In this document: in pieces, positions 47,902-57,315 of the stretch
Numbering within the stretch: position 1 is the first letter of the stretch
Layout of the letters: each line of letters starts with the position of its first letter
Source of the DNA: a candidate division FCPU426 bacterium
GTDB lineage: Bacteria; Oederibacteriota; JAAXVQ01; JAUVAV01
Direction: 5' to 3'
DNA length: 64,000 nucleotides
Assembly (NCBI GenBank): GCA_030637655.1
Contig: DAOWGI010000027.1
Location: forward strand, 1 to 64,000
Notes under the pieces: model-generated
What the model saw: the letters and a program-made list of their open reading frames with translations, nothing else
What the model was told of the DNA's origin: nothing
The model's database searches: none
Translations under genes and position numbers: made by a program

Positions 47902-48459
47902 TCATTCTTTGCTCCCTGGAGCTTGTAACTGTATGACGTCCGGTTCCGGGCCTTCCTGTAATTGCACCACAACTTTTTCACTTCGGGCCGTAGGCAAATT
48001 CTTGCCTACAAAATCAGCATGAATTGGCAACTCACGATGTCCTCGATCCACCATCACCGCCAACTGAATTTGTTGCGGCCGTCCGTAATTATTGAGTTCA
48101 TCCATGGCAGCTCTAATAGTTCGGCCGGTAAACAACACGTCATCGACCAGGACCACGCGTTTCGCTTCCAAATCAAAAGGTAAATGTGTGGGTTGCTTAC
48201 TCGCTTGTCGTTTCGCATTTCTATGCGCGTCATCGCGATGAAACGTGATATCCAAGGCGCCGACCGGAGGTGTTGTGCCTTCAATGGCACCAATGTGTTT
48301 AGCAATACGTTTGGCAATTATATCCCCGCGTTTTAGAATTCCGATCAAAACCATGTTTTCCACTCCGTGATTGCGTTCACAAATTTCATGCGCAATACGA
48401 GACACTGCCCGTCTTATGGTTTCAGCATCCATGACTTGCTTGGTTTTTATTTCCGACAT
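47902..48459 (-). CDS. pyrR: Pyrimidine attenuation regulator / UPRTase
   Basis: RIAHEI.ERN, LDITF.RDD, VDDVLFTGRTIRAA, DRGHRELPI..DFVGKN.PT; ATG 48459. Confidence 0.96.
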   Translation of the reverse strand: MSEIKTKQVMDAETIRRAVSRIAHEICERNHGVENMVLIGILKRGDIIAKRIAKHIGAIEGTTPPVGALDITFHRDDAHRNAKRQASKQPTHLPFDLEAKRVVLVDDVLFTGRTIRAAMDELNNYGRPQQIQLAVMVDRGHRELPIHADFVGKNLPTARSEKVVVQLQEGPEPDVIQLQAPGSKE

Positions 48460-48477
48460 GGTTTCCCTCCGTTGGCC

Positions 48478-48518
48478 AAAAAAAAACCTCCCCTGTGTCT
48501 TGCCAAATGGGAGGTTTT
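48478..48518 (-). terminator. Intrinsic terminator of the pyr leader (attenuator)
   Basis: AAAACCTCCC-N16-GGGAGGTTTTTTTTT on minus strand just before the pyrR RBS. Confidence 0.85.
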
Positions 48519-48547
48519 CCAGCTGTAGCATTAGTCTAAAACAGCAC

Positions 48548-48578
48548 CCTTTCCAGTCTCGCAGAACCAGTTTAAAGG
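48548..48578 (-). promoter_or_regulatory. PyrR-binding RNA hairpin
   Basis: CCUUUAAACUGGUUCUGCGAGACUGGAAAGG resembles the CUUUAA...ARUCCNGNGAGGYU PyrR-loop consensus; upstream of the terminator and pyrR. Confidence 0.8.
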
Positions 48579-48596
48579 ATTGTTTTTTCGTTTCTG

Positions 48597-48625
48597 ACAA
48601 TACCCCGGCTTTGACTTTCTGTCAA
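48597..48625 (-). promoter_or_regulatory. sigma70 promoter of the pyr operon
   Basis: TTGACA(48625-48620)-N17-TATTGT(48602-48597). Confidence 0.7.
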
Positions 48626-48644
48626 GGAAGATTGCCGGAGAAAA

Positions 48645-48822
48645 TTATCATGTGAGTGAAGCGGGAAAAACCTAATCCGGATAAATCGGAACCAAAATTA
48701 GCCGCCGATAAACGCAGATAGACGCAGATATTTATAGCTTAAGAGATAAAATAATTTTAATCTATATTTATCGGCGTTCATCGGCGGTTAATTTTCTTTT
48801 CATTAGTTCACTGACATATTAC
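48645..48822. mobile_element. 178-bp MITE, family A termini, AACGCAGAT-repeat cargo
   Basis: Degenerate left end TTATCATGTGAGTGAA, right end TTCACTGACATATTAC; perfect TSD GGAGAAAA; arms shared with 40193-40393. Confidence 0.85.
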
Positions 48823-48887
48823 GGAGAAAAGATAATATAATGGCGCAGAGGCGGTTGTCTTTGGTTTGTTATTTTATGGCCCTAAAT

Positions 48888-48923
48888 AAAAACCGGGGGA
48901 ACAAAATTGTTCCCCCGCTTTTT
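48888..48923. terminator. Intrinsic (bidirectional-type) terminator after the Lys-rich peptide gene
   Basis: AAAAA-c-CGGGGGAACA-AAAT-TGTTCCCCCG-c-TTTTT. Confidence 0.75.
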
Positions 48924-48954
48924 AGAACTTATAATTCACCTGCTGGTGCATAAA

Positions 48955-49065
48955 TTATTTCTTTTTCTTTGCGACTTTCTTCTTCACGACTTTCTTCTTC
49001 ACCACTTTTTTCGCCGCGACTTTCTTCTTCACCACTTTCTTCGCCGCTTTCTTTTTCACTGGCAT
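48955..49065 (-). CDS. 36-aa Lys-rich histone-H1-tail/protamine-like peptide (not in ORF track)
   Basis: MPVKKKAAKKVVKKKVAAKKVVKKKVVKKKVAKKKK; AGGAGGTGA SD before ATG; terminator downstream; AT-rich upstream region. Confidence 0.8.
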   Translation of the reverse strand: MPVKKKAAKKVVKKKVAAKKVVKKKVVKKKVAKKKK

Positions 49066-49248
49066 TCTCTCACCTCCTTTACGTAATGGTTGTTTTTTTA
49101 GCCATCACTTAGTTTAATTATTTATAACACAGATTGTTCACTTTAATAAATATTTTTTTGTTCTTTGCTGATTTTTTTTAAAACAAAATATATTTTCTTA
49201 CTTACTAAAGAGTATCGTGATAATTTTATTTTTAATTAAATTGTTTTT

Positions 49249-49812
49249 CTATCGCACTGTTATTTTTTTCATCACGTCGCCAATTTTTATCGTTTGTACA
49301 ACATCCATACCCGTAGTGACTTGACCAAACACCGTGTACTGTTCGTCCAGATGAGGACTTCTATTTAAGCAAATATAAAATTGGCTGCCCGCGGAATCAG
49401 GATCCTGCGCGCGTGCCATAGCCACTGTGCCGACAAGGTGTTTTTGCCGGTTGAACTCGGCCTTAATTGCATAACCCGGGCCGCCGCTGCCGTCTCCTTT
49501 AGGACAGCCTCCTTGCACAACAAAATTAGGAGCCACTCGATGAAAGGTCAAACCATCATAAAAACCTTTTTGTGCCAGCTTAATAAAATTCGCAACCGTG
49601 TCCGGCGCGTCTTCGGGATAAAATTTAAAAACAATTTCACCCTTCTCGGTTTGAATGACCGCTTCAGTAAATATTTTCGCTTCTGCTTTCGGTGTTTCGC
49701 TCATTGGTTTTGCTTTCTCCTCCTTGTCAGCTTGATCCGGGGGCACGCTCGCGCAACCACCCAAGAGCAGCACCATCACGCCGGCTGCCGCGATCCATTG
49801 TCTTATTAGCAT
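49249..49812 (-). CDS. Cyclophilin-type peptidyl-prolyl isomerase, lipoprotein
   Basis: LGGC lipobox; AP.TV.NF, FYDGLTFHRV, VQGG, GTVAMAR..PDSAGSQFYI; ATG 49812. Confidence 0.93.
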   Translation of the reverse strand: MLIRQWIAAAGVMVLLLGGCASVPPDQADKEEKAKPMSETPKAEAKIFTEAVIQTEKGEIVFKFYPEDAPDTVANFIKLAQKGFYDGLTFHRVAPNFVVQGGCPKGDGSGGPGYAIKAEFNRQKHLVGTVAMARAQDPDSAGSQFYICLNRSPHLDEQYTVFGQVTTGMDVVQTIKIGDVMKKITVR

Positions 49813-49903
49813 AATTATTTCCTCCCTCTGTAAAAATAGCGATGTGTCATCATACCTTAAAATAATGTTTTTTAAAAATAAAAATTCGCGTAATTTATTT
49901 CCA

Positions 49904-49947
49904 CCATAAATGTAGGGGCACGGCATGCCGTGCCCCTACATTTATGG
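49904..49947. repeat. REP palindrome GTAGGGGCACGGCATGCCGTGCCCCTAC with extended arms
   Basis: Perfect core 49912-49939, flanked by CCATAAAT/ATTTATGG. Confidence 0.85.
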
Positions 49948-49984
49948 TTATTATTTTTTGCAAGCCTACCCGGCACTTAAACAA

Positions 49985-51094
49985 TTAATATTTATACAAC
50001 ACCATTTTTCGCAATTCTTTGGCTTGACCATCTAGTATCACACGATAGAAATAAATACCGCCTGCTAAAGAGTTGGTATTAAAAGCAATGCGATTCAATC
50101 CGTGCCGGCAATCCGCAGTAACCAGACCAACGCGTTCTCCGGCCGGATTATATATAACAATGCGCACCGGACAGTCTTGGTTAACGTATTTATCCTCACT
50201 TACTTTTATTAAGAAATAGGTTGGCCTGCCGATTTTTACCGGATTGGGATAGAAATAAGCCTCCTCGAATTCCTCCCAAGGCCGCTGCGTCCAGGTTGCG
50301 GTTACGCGCGGCGTATGGCTGGAGGTGGGAGATATTGTTGGTGTTAAGGTAACTGTTAGAGTAGCCGATATCGTTGGTGTAATAGTAACGGTTGCCGACG
50401 GAGTAAAAGTAGAAGTATTCGTATACGTAGCTGAATACGTAGCTGTCATAGTTTCAGTTGGGGTGTTGGTATTAGTGCCGGTCCAGGTAGGTGTCATAGT
50501 CACTGTGGGCGAATAATACGGTGTTTCTGTTTCGGTTGGCGTCATTGTTCTTGTCATAGTCGCGGTTTCTGTTTCAGAGGCAGTTGGAGTTGCTGTCTCG
50601 GTATTTGTCCAAGTCAGTGTGGCGCTCGCTGTTTCAGTAAACGTCTTGGTTGGTGTATCCGTCGGTGTGGGACTTGAAGTTATGGTTTCTGTCGCTGTCA
50701 GAGAAGGTGTCAGACTTATCGTTATTGTATTGCTGGGCGTGTTACTAGGTGTTAATGTTGGACTAATCGTTATGGTCTCGCTCGGTGTACTGGTTGGAAT
50801 AGAAGTAGGCGTTGGCGTAGGTGTGTTGGTTGGAATTACAAATAATTGCGCATGCAGAAATCCTGCAAAGTTAATATAATTTGTCGAATACACGCTATCT
50901 GCACCGGCCTGACTTATCGCAGTTATGATACCATAATTAGTAGACCACGCCAGCTCCCCGCCGCTGTCCTGCACATCATCCACACCAGTGTAATTAGTTG
51001 AGGAGAAATTGCTATGCGCCCGAAGGTTGTGTGTCATGCCAATCAACAAACAGCTCAAGCACAATATTATCTTTATTACACAAGTATCCTTCAT
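49985..51094 (-). CDS. Secreted Thr/Pro/Ser-rich (mucin-like) protein with T9SS-type-A/FlgD-like C-terminal domain
   Basis: Signal peptide, three STNY motifs, about 180-aa T-x-T-x tract, then YFYPNP...IYN.AGE.V...LAGGIYFYRV...KMVL. Confidence 0.8.
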   Translation of the reverse strand: MKDTCVIKIILCLSCLLIGMTHNLRAHSNFSSTNYTGVDDVQDSGGELAWSTNYGIITAISQAGADSVYSTNYINFAGFLHAQLFVIPTNTPTPTPTSIPTSTPSETITISPTLTPSNTPSNTITISLTPSLTATETITSSPTPTDTPTKTFTETASATLTWTNTETATPTASETETATMTRTMTPTETETPYYSPTVTMTPTWTGTNTNTPTETMTATYSATYTNTSTFTPSATVTITPTISATLTVTLTPTISPTSSHTPRVTATWTQRPWEEFEEAYFYPNPVKIGRPTYFLIKVSEDKYVNQDCPVRIVIYNPAGERVGLVTADCRHGLNRIAFNTNSLAGGIYFYRVILDGQAKELRKMVLYKY

Positions 51095-51115
51095 GCCACC
51101 TTCCCCAATCTTGAA

Positions 51116-52384
51116 TTAAAACGCCGGATACAGTGCACCTGTACTGTCTTGATTGCAAATACCGCTTGGACCACCATAGCCCGGCACAATGGCAGCTCCG
51201 GTTATAGTATCCACATAATCAAAAGCCGGATTCCCGTTATAGGTCACGTTAAAGCTTACGCGCCCCATACCGGGCGGACCACCGCCTGCAACACCAATAC
51301 CGATCGATGACCCGGGTCCACCTGAACTTTGATATAACACAGAATTTTCCAAAATAAAAATGTGCGGCGCTTGAGTGCCGCCGTCGGTAATACCGGAACA
51401 ACCCATCGCGCTGGCTGTTCTCAGGTCAACAACGCAATTTTCAACTCTGCAATTTAAACTACCCCCCGCCAATATTCCAGTAACTTGTGCGCCTGCCGCC
51501 GCATAGAAGATTGTCGTGTCCACAATATCCGCCCCTGTTGAGCCGCTAATATCAATGGCAGGCGCATTGGAATCTGAAACATATTCTATCTTACATTCCC
51601 GCACATACGGATAACTTATTCCTGATGCTATTACTACCGGATTTCCTGAACTGGTTATCATTAACGATTCCAAGACTGATCCGTCTGCCAACGCGATCCG
51701 CCCGCTTCCCAAAGCCAACTCGGTTGCATTCCAACCTTGCCCGCGCACGGTCACCCAAGCTGGTACAAAAACTATTCCACCGCCACCAAATGTTCCGGGT
51801 TCACTATAACGGCCGGCTTTTACCTCAATTACCCATTGTGTGCTAATACTAGGCGCCGGGGCAAGTGCAGTGGTAAAAGCACCCTGCCCCAGGAGCATGT
51901 CAATGGCGCCACTGACCGTACATGTATCACCGCCATCGTGCGCCACAGTCAAAACCTGTTGGTATACCACTTTCCTGGCTGCCATGGCATAGGCGGCATT
52001 GGAAAGCAAATGTTGGGGTGCCATAGTCTCCCACGACGTTGTGGTAGGATGGTATACTTCAATTTCCAAATAATATGGTTCCCGAAAAGTCTCAGCAATC
52101 ATTACCGGCGAACTGACAGACTCGCCCAATACGACATTAAAAATACCATTAATTATGGCAACACTGTTGTGGGTTTCAACCCAATTTAAGGCTGTGCCGC
52201 CGGCATCATACAGCCGGAAGCGAAGATTCCTGGTTCCATTGATCGGAGTTTTCGTGGCGGAGTCGATCAAATATCCCTGATAATTCATTTTCTTGGAAAT
52301 TTGAATCGTAGCCGTAGCTGAGAGAGTAAAGGCCAACAGACATACCAGGGCAAGTATTAGTGTGTTCAGTTGTTTCTTAAACAT
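51116..52384 (-). CDS. Secreted protein with NYQG N-terminal domain and pectin-lyase-like beta-helix
   Basis: Signal peptide, MNYQGYL...FRLYD...W.ETH...NGIFNVVLG, then TVA..GGD...AID...V.AG.YSE and G/I-rich coils. Confidence 0.65.
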   Translation of the reverse strand: MFKKQLNTLILALVCLLAFTLSATATIQISKKMNYQGYLIDSATKTPINGTRNLRFRLYDAGGTALNWVETHNSVAIINGIFNVVLGESVSSPVMIAETFREPYYLEIEVYHPTTTSWETMAPQHLLSNAAYAMAARKVVYQQVLTVAHDGGDTCTVSGAIDMLLGQGAFTTALAPAPSISTQWVIEVKAGRYSEPGTFGGGGIVFVPAWVTVRGQGWNATELALGSGRIALADGSVLESLMITSSGNPVVIASGISYPYVRECKIEYVSDSNAPAIDISGSTGADIVDTTIFYAAAGAQVTGILAGGSLNCRVENCVVDLRTASAMGCSGITDGGTQAPHIFILENSVLYQSSGGPGSSIGIGVAGGGPPGMGRVSFNVTYNGNPAFDYVDTITGAAIVPGYGGPSGICNQDSTGALYPAF

Positions 52385-52552
52385 TTACTTATCCTCCTCA
52401 GGAATAATAACAAATATGTAAATTATAAACCCATTGACAAAAGATGCAATCTTTTTTCCATTTCGTTTGTAATATATCAGTGAAGTGCTGTGTTTTGTCA
52501 AATAACCCGGAAACATACGGTCTGCTAATTTATTTTTTAGGTTAAGTAGCGG

Positions 52553-54607
52553 TTATTGGTTTAATGATTTTTTTAGGTAGTTCAAGGTGCCGCCGGCCAG
52601 TATGATTTCTAATTGCCGGGCGGAAAGTTTGCAATCCATTTCCCATTCAGCGCCTGTGGTCTTGTTTTTCACCAATACCGGCTTACCGGTTATCAGACGA
52701 ATCTTCAGGCCCGGCAAACTCAATTCATGTCCTGGTTCAATCTTGCTGTAGTCTTTAGGATCAATAAAACACAGCGGTAATATTCCGAAATTAATTAAAT
52801 TGGCAAAATGAATACGAGCAAAGGATTTTGTCAACACAGCCCGAACTCCCAAATACCGGGGCGCGAGCGCTGCGTGTTCGCGAGACGATCCTTGGCCATA
52901 GTTTTCTCCCCCCACCACATAGCCGCCCTGCAGGGACTTAGCCCGAACGGAAAATCCGGCATCTATTCCGGAAAACACAAAGGCTGAGATGGCGGTAATA
53001 TTGGAACGTAAGGGCAGTATTTTGGCTCCTGCGGGCATGATATCATCAGTGGTTATGTTGTCTCCGAATTTGGCCAGCACTTGACCGTTGTCCTCATCCG
53101 GCAGTTCGTTAAAATGCGGCAAGGCTTGAATGTTGGGACCGCGCACGACATCAACCTGCTTACCCTTGGCCGAGGGTTTGAGCATTAGGCTGTCTGAGAT
53201 CTCCGCGCGTTTGGGAAAGGCAAACTTTTTTATACTCTTTATTTGCCTGGGGTCCGCGACTTCTCCCAACAAAGCAGCGGTAGCTGCGGTTTCCGGCGAA
53301 ACCAAGTAGATTTCTGCGTCAGCTGTTCCGGAACGTCCTTTGAAGTTCCGGTTAAAGGTCCGCAAACTCACTGCTTTAGTGCCGGGTGCCTGTCCCATAC
53401 CTATGCAGGCACCACACGCCGGTTCCAGCACGCGTGCGCCCGCGGCCAGCAAGGAAGCCAACGCTCCGTTCTTGGCCAGGGCAGTGAGTACTTGTTGTGA
53501 TCCGGGATTGATAACCAAGGAGACAGTTGGATGCACCTGCTTCCCTGCCAGCATTCCGGCTACAGTAATTAAATCCTGCAACGAAGAATTGGTGCATGAG
53601 CCAATCGCTACTTGCTGAGGTTTCAAGCCCTTGAGTTCCCGCACCGGTACTACAGCATCCGGCGAATGCGGTTTGGCAACTAAAGGTTCTACTTTGGAAA
53701 GATCAAGGGTAATTTCTCCACCAGTATACGCAGCGCCGGGATCTGCAGCCAGCGGTGTGTAATCTTTTATTCGGCCTTGGTAATGCAAAAATGCTTTGGT
53801 CACTTCATCCGACGGAAACACGCTGGTGGTTGCCCCGGTTTCCGCTCCCATATTGGTAATGGTTGCTCTTTCCGGAATGGTCAAGGTTTTTACGCCGGGC
53901 CCGGCATATTCCAATATTTTTCCCACGCCGCCTTTTACCGAAATCCGGCGCAGCACTTCCAGAATAACGTCCTTGGCAGAAACGTTTTTTTTCAACTTAC
54001 CAATAAGCTTGATTTTAATAATTTCAGGAAAAGTTAAATAAAAAGGCGCACCACCCATGGCTGCCGCCACATCCAATCCACCCGCACCAATCGCAATCAT
54101 GCCTAATCCTCCACCGGTGGGTGTATGCGAGTCTGAACCCAATAAGGTTGCCCCGGGTTTGCCAAATCGTTCCAAATGCAATTGGTGACAAATACCGTTG
54201 CCCGGACGCGAAAACAAGGCCCCGTATTTTTTTGCCATGCTCTGCAGGAAAGCATGGTCATCCGCGTTTTCAAAACCGGTCTGCAGCGTATTGTGATCCA
54301 CATAGGAAACCGACAATTGAGTGCACACGCGCGCACATCCCAGGGCCTCAAACTGGAGCCACGCCATGGTGCCCGTAGCATCTTGGGTTAGGGTCTGGTC
54401 TATCCGCATTGCCATGGGTTGTCCGGGCGTACAAACTCCTTCCCCACAATGCGCAGCCAATATTTTTTCCACAACCGTCTTAGGCTTGCTTTTTTCCACA
54501 ACTTGTTTGGCTATATTTTGCGGATGAATATCAACTTTCTTTTTTGCGTTTTCGGCGGTTTTGGTTCTGTTTTTCGTTGTAATTATTTTTTTTGTCTGGC
54601 GTTTCAT
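52553..54607 (-). CDS. acn: Aconitate hydratase (short AcnA-like type)
   Basis: DQTLTQDATGT, GNGICHQ, GSDSHT, IGSCTN, CGACIGMG, RTFNRNF.GR, ITTD, NYGQGSSRE; in TCA operon; ATG 54607. Confidence 0.92.
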   Translation of the reverse strand: MKRQTKKIITTKNRTKTAENAKKKVDIHPQNIAKQVVEKSKPKTVVEKILAAHCGEGVCTPGQPMAMRIDQTLTQDATGTMAWLQFEALGCARVCTQLSVSYVDHNTLQTGFENADDHAFLQSMAKKYGALFSRPGNGICHQLHLERFGKPGATLLGSDSHTPTGGGLGMIAIGAGGLDVAAAMGGAPFYLTFPEIIKIKLIGKLKKNVSAKDVILEVLRRISVKGGVGKILEYAGPGVKTLTIPERATITNMGAETGATTSVFPSDEVTKAFLHYQGRIKDYTPLAADPGAAYTGGEITLDLSKVEPLVAKPHSPDAVVPVRELKGLKPQQVAIGSCTNSSLQDLITVAGMLAGKQVHPTVSLVINPGSQQVLTALAKNGALASLLAAGARVLEPACGACIGMGQAPGTKAVSLRTFNRNFKGRSGTADAEIYLVSPETAATAALLGEVADPRQIKSIKKFAFPKRAEISDSLMLKPSAKGKQVDVVRGPNIQALPHFNELPDEDNGQVLAKFGDNITTDDIMPAGAKILPLRSNITAISAFVFSGIDAGFSVRAKSLQGGYVVGGENYGQGSSREHAALAPRYLGVRAVLTKSFARIHFANLINFGILPLCFIDPKDYSKIEPGHELSLPGLKIRLITGKPVLVKNKTTGAEWEMDCKLSARQLEIILAGGTLNYLKKSLNQ

Positions 54608-54611
54608 CCGA

Positions 54612-55166
54612 CTATTCCTTTCGATAAGCCTGTGGGCCCTGTTCAAACAGATTCCCGCCTTTTAAGTCTATTGCCACTACCGCCGGAAAATTCTCTACTT
54701 TTAAACTATAGATTGCTTCCGGTCCCAGTTCCTCATAGGCAACAACCGCAGCGCCATGGACTTTTGCGCCGTAAAACGCTCCTGCGCCGCCGGCCGCAGA
54801 AAGATAGATCACTCCCCGGCGTTGGAAATCAGCTACTGTGGTTTTTGACAATGGTCCTTTGCCCATGACTGCCACAACTCCCGCATCCAGGATGGCCGGC
54901 AGAAACGGTTCCATACGCCGGCTGGTGGTGGGGCCGGCTGAACCTACCGGTTCTCCCGGTGCCGGAGGTGTGGGGCCGACAAAATATATAAGTTGTTCTT
55001 TCAAATCAATGGGCGGTTGTTTTCCTTCTGTGACCAGGGCATGAATTCGTTTCAAAGCCTCATCGCGCGCTGTATACAAAGAACCGGTAAGATTAACCCA
55101 TTCTCCGATTTTTATATCCTGTAATGCTTTTTTATCCAACGGCAGTTGCAACCATACTCCGCTCAT
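54612..55166 (-). CDS. Fe-S fumarate hydratase (class I, two-subunit) beta subunit
   Basis: TARD.A, GP, GPTTS.RM, GKG, LGPEA, FPA.V.ID..G. Confidence 0.92.
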   Translation of the reverse strand: MSGVWLQLPLDKKALQDIKIGEWVNLTGSLYTARDEALKRIHALVTEGKQPPIDLKEQLIYFVGPTPPAPGEPVGSAGPTTSRRMEPFLPAILDAGVVAVMGKGPLSKTTVADFQRRGVIYLSAAGGAGAFYGAKVHGAAVVAYEELGPEAIYSLKVENFPAVVAIDLKGGNLFEQGPQAYRKE

Positions 55167-56005
55167 AGTTTCACCTCCGCCAAACGATGACTGTGACATT
55201 CAAAGTTGACCGCCACCGGCATGGAAACTATATGACAAGGCGCTGTTTCAATGGCCACTGACAGCGCTGTCGTGGATCCGCCCCAGCCTTGCGGCCCTAC
55301 ACCTAAAGTATTAATTTTTTCCAGAATAATTTTTTCCAATTCCGCCGTTTCAACATCCGAGGATGCCTGACCAATTGGCCGCAGTAGAGCTTTCTTGGCC
55401 AACCAGGGGGCTGTATCAAAACTGCCGCCCACGCCAATGCCTAAGATTAAGGGCGGGCATGAGGCAGCGCCGTTTTCTCGGACGGCATTTACAACAAAAT
55501 CTTGAACTCCCGTGTCACCGGCCGAGGGAAGCAGCATAGCAGATACGCTGGCATTCTCGCTTCCTCCGCCTTTGGCCATTACGTAAATTTTACAACCCTT
55601 GCCCGGAACAATTTGATAGTGCACTACCGCGGGGGTATTATCGCCGGTGTTGACACGCTTAAACGGATGTACGGATATGGAATGACGCAAACGCCCTTCC
55701 TCTGTGGCCTGACGCACACCGGCTTGTAACGCTGCTTCCAGGTCACCGCCAATCACGTTTACTTCTTGACCCATTTCCACAAACAGAATGGTCATGCCGG
55801 TGTCCTGGCAAAGCGGATGTACTCCGGCTGCGGCCATTTTAGCATTTTCCAGCAACAACTTAATCGCCTGCCGGCCCAGCGGGGAAGCTTCGGTCTCGCC
55901 GGCTTGTTGCAACGCCGCTTTTAAGTCCGGTCGAATGTGATAATGAATGTTTTTTATGGCATTGACTATTGCAGTCTGGATTTCTCGAACATGGATCTTC
56001 CGCAT
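55163..56005 (-). CDS. Fe-S fumarate hydratase alpha subunit
   Basis: PLCQDTG, LR.S, NTGDNTP, KGGGSEN, CPP..G.GVGG, G.GPQG.GG, CH..S.PVAVN..CH..R. Confidence 0.92.
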   Translation of the reverse strand: MRKIHVREIQTAIVNAIKNIHYHIRPDLKAALQQAGETEASPLGRQAIKLLLENAKMAAAGVHPLCQDTGMTILFVEMGQEVNVIGGDLEAALQAGVRQATEEGRLRHSISVHPFKRVNTGDNTPAVVHYQIVPGKGCKIYVMAKGGGSENASVSAMLLPSAGDTGVQDFVVNAVRENGAASCPPLILGIGVGGSFDTAPWLAKKALLRPIGQASSDVETAELEKIILEKINTLGVGPQGWGGSTTALSVAIETAPCHIVSMPVAVNFECHSHRLAEVKL

Positions 56006-56057
56006 CTTTTCTCCCTCCCGGTATTTACCCATCCCGGCATCGCGGCCGACGGCTTGC

Positions 56058-56996
56058 CTAATTTAACCATTCGTCCACTTGACGACATAATGGTTGTGTC
56101 ACTCCGGCAGACTTGGTTAATGCTTCTTTGTCTTGTGCTTCGAGTTGAATTTCCACCACCCGTTCAACACCTTGGCAACCTATGATAACCGGCACACCCA
56201 ACACAATGTCTGCAAAGCCATATTCGCCCTGCAGTAAGGTGGCGCAAGGCAACAGCGCTTTCTCGTCATTCAATACTGCCGCGACCATCCGCACGGCAGC
56301 TGCGGCCGGCGCATAATAAGCGCTTCCGGTCTTTAGTAACTTGACAATCTCGCCGCCACCGGTACGGGTACGTTGGGCTATTTTCTCTAATTGTTCCAGA
56401 GACATTAATTCAGTTATCGGAGCGCCGGCCACACGGGTTAAACTGACACACGGTACCATCTCATCGCCATGTCCGCCCAAAACCATGGCCTCAATCACGT
56501 GTTGGGACACCTGGAGTGCTTCTGACAAAAAATACCGATAGCGCGCGGAATCCAATATTCCGGCCATACCAAAGACGCGCTCTTTGGGACAGTTCGCGGT
56601 TTTTAAAGCCGTATACGTCATGACATCCAAGGGATTGGTAACTACGATAATGATGGCCTGGGGCGAGGCCGAGGCAGCGTGACCAACCACAGCCTGGATA
56701 ATGGCAAAATTTGTTTTAAACAAATCATCCCTGCTCATCCCCGGTTTACGAGGTGACCCGGAGGTCACCACAATAATATCTGAATCTATGGTCTCTTCAT
56801 AGTTTTGAGTGCCCACAACTCTGCCTTGGTATCCCAGGATGGGGCCGGACTGATTCATATCCAGCGCCTTGCCTTGGGCCAGTCCTTCGGCAATATCGAC
56901 TAGTACCACGTTACCTAAATTTTGTGCCAATACCTGCCGGGCAACCTCTGCCCCGACGTTTCCCGCGCCAATTATCGTGATTTTTTTGCGTGCCAT
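56058..56996 (-). CDS. mdh: Malate dehydrogenase (LDH-like)
   Basis: GAGNVG, GKALD, PRKPGMSRDDL, NPLD, LDSAR, GGHGD, LKTGSAYYAP; ATG 56996. Confidence 0.95.
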   Translation of the reverse strand: MARKKITIIGAGNVGAEVARQVLAQNLGNVVLVDIAEGLAQGKALDMNQSGPILGYQGRVVGTQNYEETIDSDIIVVTSGSPRKPGMSRDDLFKTNFAIIQAVVGHAASASPQAIIIVVTNPLDVMTYTALKTANCPKERVFGMAGILDSARYRYFLSEALQVSQHVIEAMVLGGHGDEMVPCVSLTRVAGAPITELMSLEQLEKIAQRTRTGGGEIVKLLKTGSAYYAPAAAAVRMVAAVLNDEKALLPCATLLQGEYGFADIVLGVPVIIGCQGVERVVEIQLEAQDKEALTKSAGVTQPLCRQVDEWLN

Positions 56997-57057
56997 GGTA
57001 TCCTCCTTGGCCGGCGATACTTCTGTTTTGGTAATAACTGCATGGTCACTCCACGGT

Positions 57058-57315
57058 CTAATGATGGTGGGAATGAACATTTGAAGAGTGCTCTGTTTGC
57101 TGCTGTGTGAGTTCAGCTTGGATTTCCGCTACAATCAACTCTAGATTTTCCAAGCGCATTTCCATATTAAACAGTGTCTCTTGAACATCCTGCTGCAAAT
57201 TATTCAAGTTCTCTTCCAACCCCTTAAACCGGGCTTGGATTGCTTTGAGAAGATATTCCGTGGTCTTGCTTTTTTTGTTCATCCCTTGTTTTGGTTTGGC
57301 TGTTTTCTTTTTCAT
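57058..57315 (-). CDS. Small coiled-coil hypothetical protein
   Basis: Co-oriented ORF with AGGAAG RBS, basic N-terminus, heptad pattern, His-rich end. Confidence 0.55.
   Translation of the reverse strand: MKKKTAKPKQGMNKKSKTTEYLLKAIQARFKGLEENLNNLQQDVQETLFNMEMRLENLELIVAEIQAELTQQQTEHSSNVHSHHH

Noticed and set aside
47287-47928. 213-aa plus-strand ORF
   Set aside because: Antisense to conserved pyrB
48460-48600. 47-aa N-terminal extension of PyrR in the ORF track
   Set aside because: This is the promoter-attenuator leader; the RBS-supported start is 48459
50290-50840. Possible CRISPR or tandem DNA repeat
   Set aside because: Low complexity comes from Thr/Pro codons in a coding region; there is no constant repeat with unique spacers
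52469-52488. Family A MITE left end GTAATATATCAGTGAAGTGC
   Set aside because: No partner end or TSD found; at most a solo remnant, so not listed as an element
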